A stretch of 63,373 nucleotides of DNA, the filler included, from Rhizaria sp. SCN 62-66 (taxonomy: Eukaryota): assembly GCA_001724265.1 (NCBI GenBank). It is 10 parts of 10 records of this genome, joined end to end, with 100 filler letters (N's around TTAATTAATTAA, not from the genome) between each part and the next. Parts side by side here need not be neighbours in the genome. Positions count along the whole stretch, not along the records: positions 17,810 to 25,443 come from MEDY01000649.1; positions 25,544 to 32,339 come from MEDY01000650.1; positions 32,440 to 39,201 come from MEDY01000651.1; 7 more parts are not named here. One strand, given 5' to 3'. Position numbers and translations under genes: made by a program. How positions within the stretch are numbered: position 1 is the stretch's first letter; each line of letters opens with the position of its first letter. Below, in pieces: positions 24,208 through 35,209 of this stretch. The notes beneath the pieces were generated by a model, which saw only the letters and a list, made by a program, of their open reading frames with translations, was not told the DNA's origin and did no database searches.

Positions 24208-25443
24208 ATGGCAGATACATCCAATATTGATTATACGCCTTCGTGGCCCGTGTGCAGCATCATCCATCCTAAATCTGAGATTCCCGTTGAGTTCGGTGTG
24301 ATCAACAGTGACTACAAGGTTGCCGTCTCACAGAGTGGCACCTCGATTCAGAACGCTGTGTTCAACTTCAGCGTTAGCAAACAGAATGTGTTGTCGCAGG
24401 CCGTGTATGTCAAGATCCCCATCGAGTATAGCTTCAGGTTTACCGCTGGTGGCACCGTCCGTGACCTTGACGGCCATAACAACTGGTGTTAGGCCAATCT
24501 GGCGCCTCTGCGGGCTATTAGTTGTTGTGCAGTGACTATCGGTGGTCGCACGTTTGACCGCGATACTGCTACTCTGGCCGGGCTATGTGCCCACCTGTAT
24601 CCCACCGACGTGCCTATCCTGTCGGGTATCTTCCCCCTGCCCGATTAGACCGCTAGCCTTGATAGCACCCCGGCAACGAATTACAAGTTGGCTCCGTTTG
24701 GTAGTCCTCTCAACACGGCTTACGAGTTTTCGCAGGCACGCAAGAGTTCACTTGATAAGGTCACCTACTACACGGCTGCTGCTCCTAACACCGTGCATAC
24801 TGGCGCCCTTGTGAACGGCACCGTGTATATTTGTCGAATCCGTGGTAACTGGGACTTCCCGCTGCCGTTTAATATGTTTTCACCGGTTGGCGGGCCGGGC
24901 ATTGTTGGAAGTGGCAGTGTCGTCGTCGATCTTACCTTTAATCAGCGCTGGTTGGATTGCATTAAGTTCCGCAATAATACTGTTCTCGACACTTACGCTG
25001 ACGGAGATCTAACAGTTAGTTTTACAAGCCCACCGTCGTTGACTTATTGCATCCACCATTTATATGATGCTGTTTGTGAGTCTAGCATGTCCAAGACCCA
25101 GGTTTATCCGATGTCAAACTATATCAACCGACGTGATGCTGTCACCCTGTTGGAGGCTGGGGCTAGTAAGGACATCTTCACTTCAAGCACGTCTGTGAAC
25201 ACCATTCCAAAGAAGATTATCATTAGCGCTCCACGAGTGGCTGTGAGTGGTGACACTAATATGCAGCGTATGCCTACCGGCAATAGCTATGCACCTATCA
25301 GCGGCCTCACCGTGTCGCTGGGCGGTCAAAACGTGTTCTCCTCGCTTGATTCCGCGTCTCTTTGGCGTCTGAGTGCCAAGAATGGATCATCGCAAACGCT
25401 GGCTAGCTTTTTGAAGGGCGGGTCGGTCATTCTATCGCTTGAG
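24208..25443 (+). CDS. Virophage-type double jelly-roll major capsid protein (3' truncated), two internal TAG codons
   Basis: One frame, open except TAG at 24490 and 24646. Motif order matches Sputnik-like MCPs as I recall them: FNF..S.QNVLSQAVYVKIP, APL.AI....VTIGG, P.LTY...YP, TIPKKI, ISGLTVSL.GQNVFSS.....LW.LS.KNG..QT...F..G.VI.LE. Confidence 0.8.
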
Positions 25444-25543
25444 NNNNNNNNNNNNNNNNNNNNNNNNNNNNNNNNNNNNNNNNNNNNTTAATTAATTAAN
25501 NNNNNNNNNNNNNNNNNNNNNNNNNNNNNNNNNNNNNNNNNNN

Positions 25544-28500
25544 GCGGATTGCGTTGAATTTCGGGGCAGTTTGTTGTAGGGCACTTGACAAAGGAGGTGT
25601 TGTTTTTGAGCAAGTAGGCGTCGCGCGCCCACCGCAGCATGGCGACAAACTCGCCGTCGCCAAAGTCAGCGATCGGAATGCTGCGCAGCGGCAGCTTCTC
25701 CCCGCACTTGGGAGCGCAGCACTGGCAGCCGTCCCGCTTAAGTTGCACGATGACGTCGGGCAGGCAGTCGCGGCATGCCACGTGGGAGCACGCGGCCGAG
25801 GCCATGCCCATGTTGTGGCGAAAGACGTCATCGCCGCAGTAGGTCATGCACGCATTGCCTGCGAGAGTCGCAGCCTTTTCGTAAAGCATGTTGCGACCTT
25901 CAAGTGCAGACTTAAGATCGTCACCGCTCTTTTTGGATCCTGAAATAAGATAAACGTTGCTTTGCGCGTTACTGGGCGCAATTTTACAGTGGATGTGCAC
26001 AACACCACTGGCCTTCATCAGCTCCTCGACGTGGGCTGCGTTCACAGTGCCCTTGAGCTCGATGCGGTTGTCGATCCACGCGTAGCGGGAAAATTCATCC
26101 GCAAGCTTTTGAATATCTGCGCGCAACGCATTGCAGCTTGCAGCACTGCCGTAAATGTCAATGGAGTTTGTTGTGCTGTTTAATCCAGCCCACGCCGATA
26201 GCCGAGACGTGAACTTATCCTGGCTGTCGTGTTTCCTTTTCTTCTCAAACTTAGTCTTAGCCAACTCAGCCGCGGCCCTCTTGCTGCGGTGTGTCGTGAA
26301 GAGCTTGCCCAGACGACTCATGCCAGTGGGGCCAGTAAGACGGGCAAACACGTCGACGAGCACACCGGTGTCGGGCCGCTTAAAGGGCTCGATGCGGTGA
26401 GACACAAAAAAAAGCTCGTTATCGACATACTTCTTTGCTATGTCGATCACAGAGTCCTCGCCGGCAATGTTGATGGTGTACCTCGTGCCGTTGTTGACAG
26501 AGGGCATAATCTTGCATTCAGCGCCCTTTGTGATAACCCGTAGCTCAGACATGATCTCCCCACCCATCGACTTGCCCGCATTGGCAGGCATGACAATCTG
26601 CAGCAGCCCGCAGCAGCGCTGCTCGAGGCTGCACCCGAACAGACTGGCGTCGCTCATGTTGCCCCCGGGGAGATCGCCCATAATGTAGGCGTACTGGCGC
26701 GACGTGTGGCGGTTGACGGCTGTTGCGAGCTTGATGATGTTTTGCTGCGCAAACGCGCGCGGCAGCTCGAACTCCCCCGTCGCCCGCCAGCTCACCTCAA
26801 CGACGTTTTTAGTAAACACGGCTTTAACGCCGTGCACGTCTTCCGCAATTGCCACCGCGTTCGGCTCCGTTTTCGCGAACGCAACCGCGCCGCGGAGCGC
26901 AGGCTTCTCGCTTAGCAAGTGGTGCACCTCCTCCGCGGCGACGCGCGAGACGCAGATCATCGTCACCGTCACTTTCTTCGGGTTGTTGGTGTCGCGCGTA
27001 AATGAGATGCTCGGCGCCAATTTGCTGTGGCCACCAGGAAGAAAGGCGGCACAAAACGCCTCATCATCCTCGAACTCGTCCCGTCCAGGCGCGCATTCAA
27101 CAGACACAGTCACCGTTGCAGTTTCGCCGTAGCACAGGATGTCGCGGACTTCCAGACCGGCGCCGCAGAGCAGAGAGACGTTGCCGGCAAAACTGAACTG
27201 ACGCACCTCGGTAAGCGTGCGCCTGCGTACATCCTCGCGCAACTGCTTGAATGCAAACAGCGCCTCAGCCGCCAGGTTGTCAGCCTCGGGCGCGCGCAGC
27301 AGGACGCCCGACGCGTCGAGCACGATCGTGCAGCGATACTTGCGCTCGAAGCGCTCGCACGCGGTGTTAGTGGGAAATATCGCGTCCACCTCGCCGGGGT
27401 TTAGCGTGTAGAGCTTGCTGCGCATGGTCTTGTTGTCGCGCATAGCAACGCACTTGCGGTAAAACTCAGTGTTGTGCTCTGAAATCCAATCCAGCTTGAT
27501 GGGCACCGGCGGCGTCGTGATAATCGATTGGCCATGGGACGAGTGCGCGGACACGTACACCGCCCACTCGCTCAGCTCGCGGATAACCGCGGCCGACTCG
27601 CGGCGCCAGTTGACCAGGATCTTGCCGCTGCTAACGCTGGTATAGTACGCGTGCCTGTTCACGTCCATCGTGATGTCGTTGTTGATGATGCGGATGGCGT
27701 GTAAAGTACCCCGCGGCCACGCAGCAGAACACGTCCTCGTCGCTGATGTTGTCCTTGCCGACCGCGCCGCGCCCGCCCAGCGGATACCGCTGGGCAAACC
27801 TAGTGATCATGTGCTCGATCCAGTTCTGCGCCAGCTTAAAGTACTCCTCCGACAGCCGCGACTCCCTGGTCACGGCGATGCGCTCCCGCTGCGAGGCCGC
27901 GGCGAGCCAGCCCAGAATAAAGCGCACGCACACATCGACGCGCACCGAGCCCTTCTTGTTTGTCTTCTGAGGCGCCGCCGTCGTGTCACCAGAAGCGTCG
28001 ACTCTCTTGTCGTCGCCCGATACTTCGGCAATGAAGCCGGGACTGGAGATGTGGACGTAATGCAGTGCGGCGGCGACGACAACGCCGAACTTGAGGCACT
28101 TGTGCTTGGCGCCCTTAGCAATGACCAGCGTGAGCTCGATGGGGCACCCCGTGTCGACGCTCATCCTGCCCATCTGCGTCGCCTTGTGCGTCTTCCTGTC
28201 AAGGGCGCCCAGGTTGACCAGGTCCTCCATCGCGTGCCGAACCGACTCCTCCGGCGGCGGGTCGAACCATTTAAAGTCGCGCGGGCTATGGCCCAGTGAC
28301 GCCAAGCAGAGCACCGTTGTCTGCAGCGGCTGGCACTGCACCGCGGCGACGTTGGCCTTGTCAAAGCGCTTGAGCGCGCTTTTGCTGTAGAGGCGCACGC
28401 AAAAACCGGGGCGCGTGCGGCCAGCGCGGCCCTTGCGCTGCTCGGCCGAGGCCTGCGAGATGGGCTTGAGCGACACGTGCGCAAGGTGCATCTTGGCGTT

Positions 28501-30600
28501 GAACTCGCTCGCGGAGCGCAGGCCGGGGTCGATGACCACGGTCACGCCGTCAATCGTCAGCGACGTCTCGGCAAACTCGGTCGCCAAATACACAATGAAC
28601 TCGTTGTTTTTGTTTTTTTCGCGCTGCTCCTGCGCCAGCTTGTACGCCACCTTGCCTTTGCCTTTGCCCCGGCTGCCAGACCACTTATTAGCTCTGTCGG
28701 CGTCTTCGTTGATGGCGAAGAGGTTGTTGGCGGGCTCCAGGTGACCGTCAGCGTCGGTCATGGTTACCACCGAAAAGCGGCCATCGTTGGGCATCGCGCG
28801 CGCCATGGCGGAGTTTTCAAGCATCCGCCTCACGATGTTGACGTGGTTGTCGGTTGGCAGGAACACCAGCACGTTGCCCTTGAGCGGGCCACAGAGGTCG
28901 CCGCGCAGACACCGGTTGACTGCGGAGCAGACCGTGCCCACAAGCGTTTGCGCCGTGAATGGCGTCGCCGGCGTCTCGTACAGGACGTCGACCCAATTGC
29001 GCTGATCTTTGATGTGGACCCGGCCCACGCGCGGTGCGCCCGCGGCAGTGCCGGTGAAGTAGCGCGCGAAGGCGTCGGCGTCAATGGTGGCGGACATGAC
29101 GACGACCTTGAGGCCCATGCGCACCGCCTTGGCGGCTAACGAAAGCAGGATGTCGCTCTCGATAGTGCGCGCGTGCGCCTCGTCTAACACCAGGCAGCCT
29201 ATGGTCGCGCCGGGCACCAGCGCGCCGGGCTGCCCGAGCGCGTGGTCCGTCTTGCGCGTCACGGCTGCGCGGTAGGCGCCGATGGCGTCCATCTCGGAGG
29301 CGTAGGCGATGCGCGTGCCCGCGCCCGCGCCCGCGCAGTTGGCGCCGAGGAACGTTACGTCAGCGGAATTCTTGGCGCCCTCTATCGTGATGCAGTTGCA
29401 CTTGTGGACGGCGTCGATGTGCTCAGGCATGCGGTGCTTGAGAAGCCCGTGGACGCGGTAGCACGAGCCGTTGTAGACGTCGCGCACGTACTGGGACAAC
29501 TGCTCCGCCGCCATGCGGTGCGGCTGCGTGCACAGCACGGTCTTGCCTTGCATGCGGCCGAGCTCCGAGATGAACATGGGCACCTGCGTGCTCTTGCCGC
29601 AGCCGGGCGCGCCGGTGACGACGACGATGTCGTTGTTGCGCACGGCGTCCTCGACCTCCTTGCGGTGCCAGCGCACCGAGTGCTCCCCCAGCAGCAAACT
29701 CGCTTCGCGCCGCAGGTAGCGGATCAGGGCCTCGCCGTTCCGCTGCGCAGTGGCGGTGCGCAGACGACGGTCAAGCTCGCGCCCGTACTCGTTGAAGCAG
29801 CCCTGCAGCGCCTCCCGGTCAACGCCGCGCAGCGTGGAGCCCTCGCCGAAGTAGTTGCCGTGGACTGTGCTGCGCACGCGGTTGAGCTGCTCCAGGGCGC
29901 ACTCCACCAGCGCAGCCGTGGTGTAGCTTGCGGTCTTCGCTGCGGGCTGAGCGGAGCTGCCGTTCTTGCCAGCGCCAGCGCCAGCGCCAGCGCCAACGCC
30001 AGCGCTACTGCTATTGTTGATGTTGTTGTTGTTGTTGTTGTTGTTGAACAGCGGCGGCGGCGCAGTGTTCAGGTAAGCCCCTTGCTAGCCAGACAGTGAC
30101 AGCGCGCGCATACTGGCGGAACGCAGACTGTTACCGTGAGCACTACTGTTGGCGCTGCTGTTGTTGTTGGACTTGATTTTGCCTTGCATTGTCGTCGTCG
30201 TGTGAGCCGGCGCATTTTGAGGTACTGTCGACCTGGCGGGCGCAGCTTGAGTGTGAGCCGCGGTGGTAGGGGCGGTTCCCTGGGGGTTTCTGCTCCACTT
30301 GCCGCTGGCATCTCGCCCCTACGCACCTACATTGGCATCTGCTTTGACACCAGCTGCAAGTAAAGTGGGGGCGTCGGAAAACACACCCGCGTTGTTGTTT
30401 GCGCGAGCGCCCGGCAACGTGTTAGCTGTTCCCAGTGTTGTAGACAAGGGCTGATAGTGGCGAGGGGCGTGCGTTGCAAATGAAAGATTTGTGTGCGAAG
30501 CGGCGATGAACTTGCGAGGCTAGGGGCAACGCTGAACTTTATGCTTTGTGCAGCTAGTGTCCGCGCAATTGTCGCCATCTTTACACGACTCATCAGAGAC
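25544..30600 (-). CDS. DEAH/RHA helicase with C-terminal RING-IBR (DEAH11/12-like architecture); 3' truncated; start uncertain; one frame break near 27700
   Basis: Helicase motifs GAPGCGKSTQVP, LVLDEAH, MSAT and QRKGRAGR, plus an HA2 region. C-terminal C..C...CSH..C..C RING and FVKCP..NC IBR start. The N-terminal low-complexity extension 30519-29908 is open except TAG at 30520, 30319 and 30085. Confidence 0.8.
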
Positions 30601-31039
30601 AGGCCGTAAAGCTGGAAGCCACATCATTGTAGCTACAAGAAAAATAGGAAATAAACATGCAAAGAGACGCGACAAATAAATAGCAGATAGTAAAATAGGG
30701 GGGTATAAATAGAATAATGTTGACCACGGTAGCATAGTCCCACGACGATGCGTCGATGAAGGTGTAGTCGCCGACGGGATACTTGACCGCTGACATCGCC
30801 ATCGCCGACGGATACAAACTAAATAAAAACTAAAACAACATTTATTCAACAATACGACAGTTTTAACGATATTGACATTCAATACACTGTTATATCAGAG
30901 TCTTTTATGTGTGCTATTTTTTGGACGAAGGTGAACCATCATGGCCACCACAAACGCTTTTCACGTCACGTCAGATTCACCTTGGGCAAAAATATAGTTG
31001 TGGTTAAAATGTCCGTCGTCGCTCATACTTGATACGTCA

Positions 31040-32245
31040 ATATTTATTCATGAAATTTGTTGAGCGAAATGAATATCTATACTATACATTTTATAATACT
31101 CAATTATCGGTCTTAAAAAAACTTGGTAGTCTTAACTTACTGTCTTCTGCCTGCTCAGCCTTGGCTACACAAGTGGGAGAGGCACTGTTGGGTGCGAGCA
31201 GATGCAGAAACAGGTTGTGCAGCACGGAGCGCGTGGATGCTGGACTGGCTCATGAGCTCGTCTACGCGCGAGATGGCTGCCATGTCATCTGGGAAGCGCA
31301 CACGGCCCTCAGCAACAATGACAGCACGTCCAGCAAGAGCAAATTGCTCAAGCCTCTCTGTGAGTGATTGATCATTGAAATGCTGACCCCCAAAGTCATA
31401 GCATCGTGAGCATGCAATCCAACCTTGGTCGCCCGAGGCTTTTTCGTGATGGGAAGAGCACGCTTCTTCTGAGCAGTACGTGTTCAGCGCTGCTCCCAAG
31501 ACGCGTTATTCCGCTCATCAGCGCTGCGCGCCCTCTTTGGGGCAGCATTGTCATTTGAGTGCTCTTTCTCGTCGTCATGTAAGTCAGACGACGAAATGTC
31601 GTAATCGCTTTACGACTCAGATGTTTGCTGCGACCGACGACAGTGCCGAATCTGGAGACTCCTCGTCTGTTGCCAATTCTGGCGCGCTGCCGGGTTGGAG
31701 CGCACGTCGTACGTGCGCGACTTGTGGGCTGTTGCCAAGTTAGACGGATTTGATGGCGTTTGGCTTGTAGATAAGTGGCTTGCGTCACGAGCCTTCTTGG
31801 GTGGACAACGTTGCTTTTCACAAGACGGCCCTCGTACGAGCGGTGGTAAAGCAAAGTAATATTCAGTGGAAGCACCTCCCACCGTATAACCATGCTTTCA
31901 ACCCCATTAAGCTCGTTTTTAACGCGATTCGTCACCGCCTGCATGTCAATATTGTGTTCAAGGTTTGACGCGCTCCAGACGGCGCTGCGCTCATCATAAT
32001 CATAAAGGCGATTTTGTCAACTTCTACCAGCACAGCCTTAAGTTCATCGCTCAGGCAGCGATAGGGGAAGAGATTTTCAACGAGTACAGCTGTCACTGAA
32101 CAAGCACTTGCAGCTGGTGTCAGCGACAATTGACAGAGCCAAGGCTGAGCAGGCAGTAGACAGTGAGTTTTTTTAAGACCGATAGTTGATAATCAAATAT
32201 ATGATTCACAACATATATTCATTTAGTTCAACAAACTTTATGACC
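31040..32245. mobile_element. Decayed IS630-Tc1-mariner-like DNA transposon with long imperfect TIRs
   Basis: Inverted repeats at about 31040-31165 and 32139-32245. Plus-strand fragment 31780-31968 reads VDNVAFHK...LPPYNHAFNPIKLVF (catalytic E replaced by K). Minus-strand PHD-like remnant WIACSRC. Confidence 0.7.
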
Positions 32246-32960
32246 ATCGGTCCGTCGTAGGATGGCGCGGACCGGCCTCTGGGCCGTGGGGAGGGAGCCC
32301 AGAGGGATTTCGTTCAAGTCAAGTTGGCAACAAAATACANNNNNNNNNNNNNNNNNNNNNNNNNNNNNNNNNNNNNNNNNNNNTTAATTAATTAANNNNN
32401 NNNNNNNNNNNNNNNNNNNNNNNNNNNNNNNNNNNNNNNGGGGGGGGGTTGAGTACTATCACGCGAGTCTACTAGCTATATTTATGAACTAAACAGTGGC
32501 GGTTTCAGATAGACTGATACGCTATTTTTAATCATTGCCAATTGCGATCGCGTTCTTGACACGCCGGTACACTCGTCTTCGACGATTGTATGGTAACTTT
32601 CTTGGACATGACCCTGCGTTTCATGTCCCACATTTTCGGGGAGCAGCTCTACATTATGGCGTAGATCTCATATATTTACACCCATACTTATTTGAATCTC
32701 ATCGCGATTGCCTCACCTCAACTCCACTTGCTATTCTTTTCCCACCTCGTTTTCCCATTTCTTATATTTTTTGGACACATTTCTCTCGCGCCATCTAAAA
32801 AAATAATCAATTGTTTGTTCCTTCATACGTTGCAATTTTTTGAATCTCGCACGACTTCATCTCGATTTCCGGACATGTGTCTCCTTCCCTCGGCGAAGAG
32901 CGCCTTCTTTTGTTTCATCTATTTGCCGCCCTCACAGACCCCGTTTCGACCATATAGTCG

Positions 32961-33200
32961 ATGCAAATTTTCGCTAGGACTCTTGAAAACAAGACGATGG
33001 TTCTTGACGTCGACTCCTTGGACACCGTTAAAACTGTTAAACAGAAGATTCAGGACAAGGAGGGCATTCCCGTGGACGAGCAGCGCCTTATCTTCCAGGG
33101 CAAGCAGCTCGAGGATGACCGCACTCTTGCCGACTACAACGTTCAAAATGGATCTAATCTGAACCTTGTCCTCCGCCTGCGTGGTGGGCACTCGCAGTAA
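32961..33200 (+). CDS. Divergent monomeric ubiquitin-like protein with a 3-aa C-terminal extension
   Basis: About 52/76 identities to canonical ubiquitin by manual comparison. Ends [12 protein letters not shown]. Confidence 0.9.
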   Translation: MQIFARTLENKTMVLDVDSLDTVKTVKQKIQDKEGIPVDEQRLIFQGKQLEDDRTLADYNVQNGSNLNLVLRLRGGHSQ

Positions 33201-33923
33201 TGCTCCTTTGCTGCTCCCGCGCCCCGCCCGCGCCTGTATATTGATACCTTTTATCTGTGCTCAATTCCTTGCCCTCGGAGAATATTCCACAAACAACGCA
33301 TATTTCAAGTTGCTTAAATAAAAATAATACAATAAAAATAATACAAATCACGATAAAACGACTCCGCACAATTATATTGACCCATAAAGATAACTTAATT
33401 AGATCTCCACAGCGATGAAATCCCACCACTCATCTATAAACTATGCTACCCTTGCCTCTTGAGGACTGTTGGTTCCGAAAAAAAAACCGCCTCATGTGGC
33501 TGGCTGGCTGACGAGCTCCGACTCGCTCGCTGGGCGAAAGAGAAAACGTTTGTAAATCAACTTCATGGCCAAGATTATATCTGTTCTCACTACCATACCG
33601 AAATGTGTTCACCACATAACCGATGATGTGTTTCATTTTATCACTTATGCGTTCCTTCCTCTTCTAAAACATTTTTTCCCACCAGCTTCGCGCACTCTCT
33701 CGGAGCTTCACATCACCAATCCGCCAGCCCCGCCAGCCCCGCCCGTCTTCCTGCTTTACTGTTCTCCTGCGATATCTCTAATCGCGCAAAAATTTACATA
33801 TTTCAACGGCATCATTTTTTACCGCCTTGTCAACCTCTGTTCTTAAACGTCACGTGTACCGTGTGACCAATGAGCGGCAGGAACTTGCACAGTTCGCTCC
33901 CAGCGAAGCCAGAAGCGAGCTGA

Positions 33924-34751
33924 GTGCGGGGGCCTCGTCAACAGCGTGACAAGAATGCTTCGTCTGCTGACAACGTCAACAACTCTACTAGTGGCAACAA
34001 CGGCCACAACAGCTATACACCGCGTGTCACGAGGTTTTTGCCACAGGACGACGACGACTCCACAAAATAGCGCAACAACATTGTCAGCCAGTCCCGCTTC
34101 CCCAAGCCGAACACCAACATTAAGCCGAATGCTGTTGGTGCCGGCGACGCTCGTCATGGTCGCAAAAGGCTTGGCCGTCATCATAAGGCGTTGCATGACT
34201 CTGACTCGGATGACTCAGACTCAGACTCAGACTCTGGTGCTGGCGCTGCCGACTCGCAGCCTCGCTCTCGCTCTGGCGTTGGCTCGGAAATCACCGCCAC
34301 TGTAAAGCGCCCCCGCCCTGCCCCAATCACTACCGCTCGACCCGAGTCGCAAATCGTGGTGTTGGCCAGGGCAAACGTCGACCTTGCAGAGAAGAATCTC
34401 CTCGCGAGCCAGACTGCGATTACAAACGCGTCGACTATGTCGGAGATCAAACAGCTACGAAGTCTGGTCAACGTGGCTTCAGCCTAGTATGATAGGCAAA
34501 GGGCTGAGCTCCAAAAGGCCGCGACGCGTGTGGAACAACTCAAGCGTAAGTTTAGGACCGTGTTTGCTGGGTTTAAAGGTGAAGACGCATTAACCGAAAA
34601 TGTGGTGGTCCGAGATGTCACAGTTGTTTATTGCTACGCTGTTTCTAAGTATCTCCAGTCGACGGATCCGTTCATATGCTCAAATGTGGACCCCAAATCT
34701 TGCTTTGCGATCGTTGTGAGGCCTGGCCTGACAGTATTTGATCATTGGTAA
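33924..34751 (+). CDS. Hypothetical low-complexity/coiled-coil protein, two internal TAG codons, 5' end unclear
   Basis: Frame is open except TAG at 34068 and 34485 (VASA*YDRQRAELQKAA continues the helix). Joins ORFs 34191-34487 and 34530-34751 and ends in TAA. Confidence 0.45.
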
Positions 34752-34778
34752 TTTTGTGCATATTCAACGAAGGCGTGA

Positions 34779-34780
<2 letters not shown>

Positions 34781-34854
<74 letters not shown>
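34781..34854. repeat. (GT)n microsatellite
   Basis: Perfect dinucleotide tract. A second tract at about 39126-39201 ends the contig. Confidence 0.95.
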
Positions 34855-34856
<2 letters not shown>

Positions 34857-35209
34857 CTTATATGGGTGTATGGTTCTTATGCGTACCAATGTTTACGTGT
34901 AACAGCTTAGGGTCTAATGAAAACAAAACTGCATCATGTTTAATTGCATTCTGACAATCACATTTGAAACAGCACATAATCGTGAGAACTATTGGAGACA
35001 GCCGATGTTAAAAAAGGACACTGATACAATTGTTATTTGTGATTTTATGCTTGAGTGAATATATATTTTGTATTCATACGGCAATAATTATCCCGTATAC
35101 GGGCATAACGAAGGCGTTGCTACAAGGGGGCTTTGTTCTTTGTAACGACAGCAACGCTCCGTGGCCCTCCGACGACTCTATCGTATGCACTCGCATTGCG
35201 TTTTATAGC

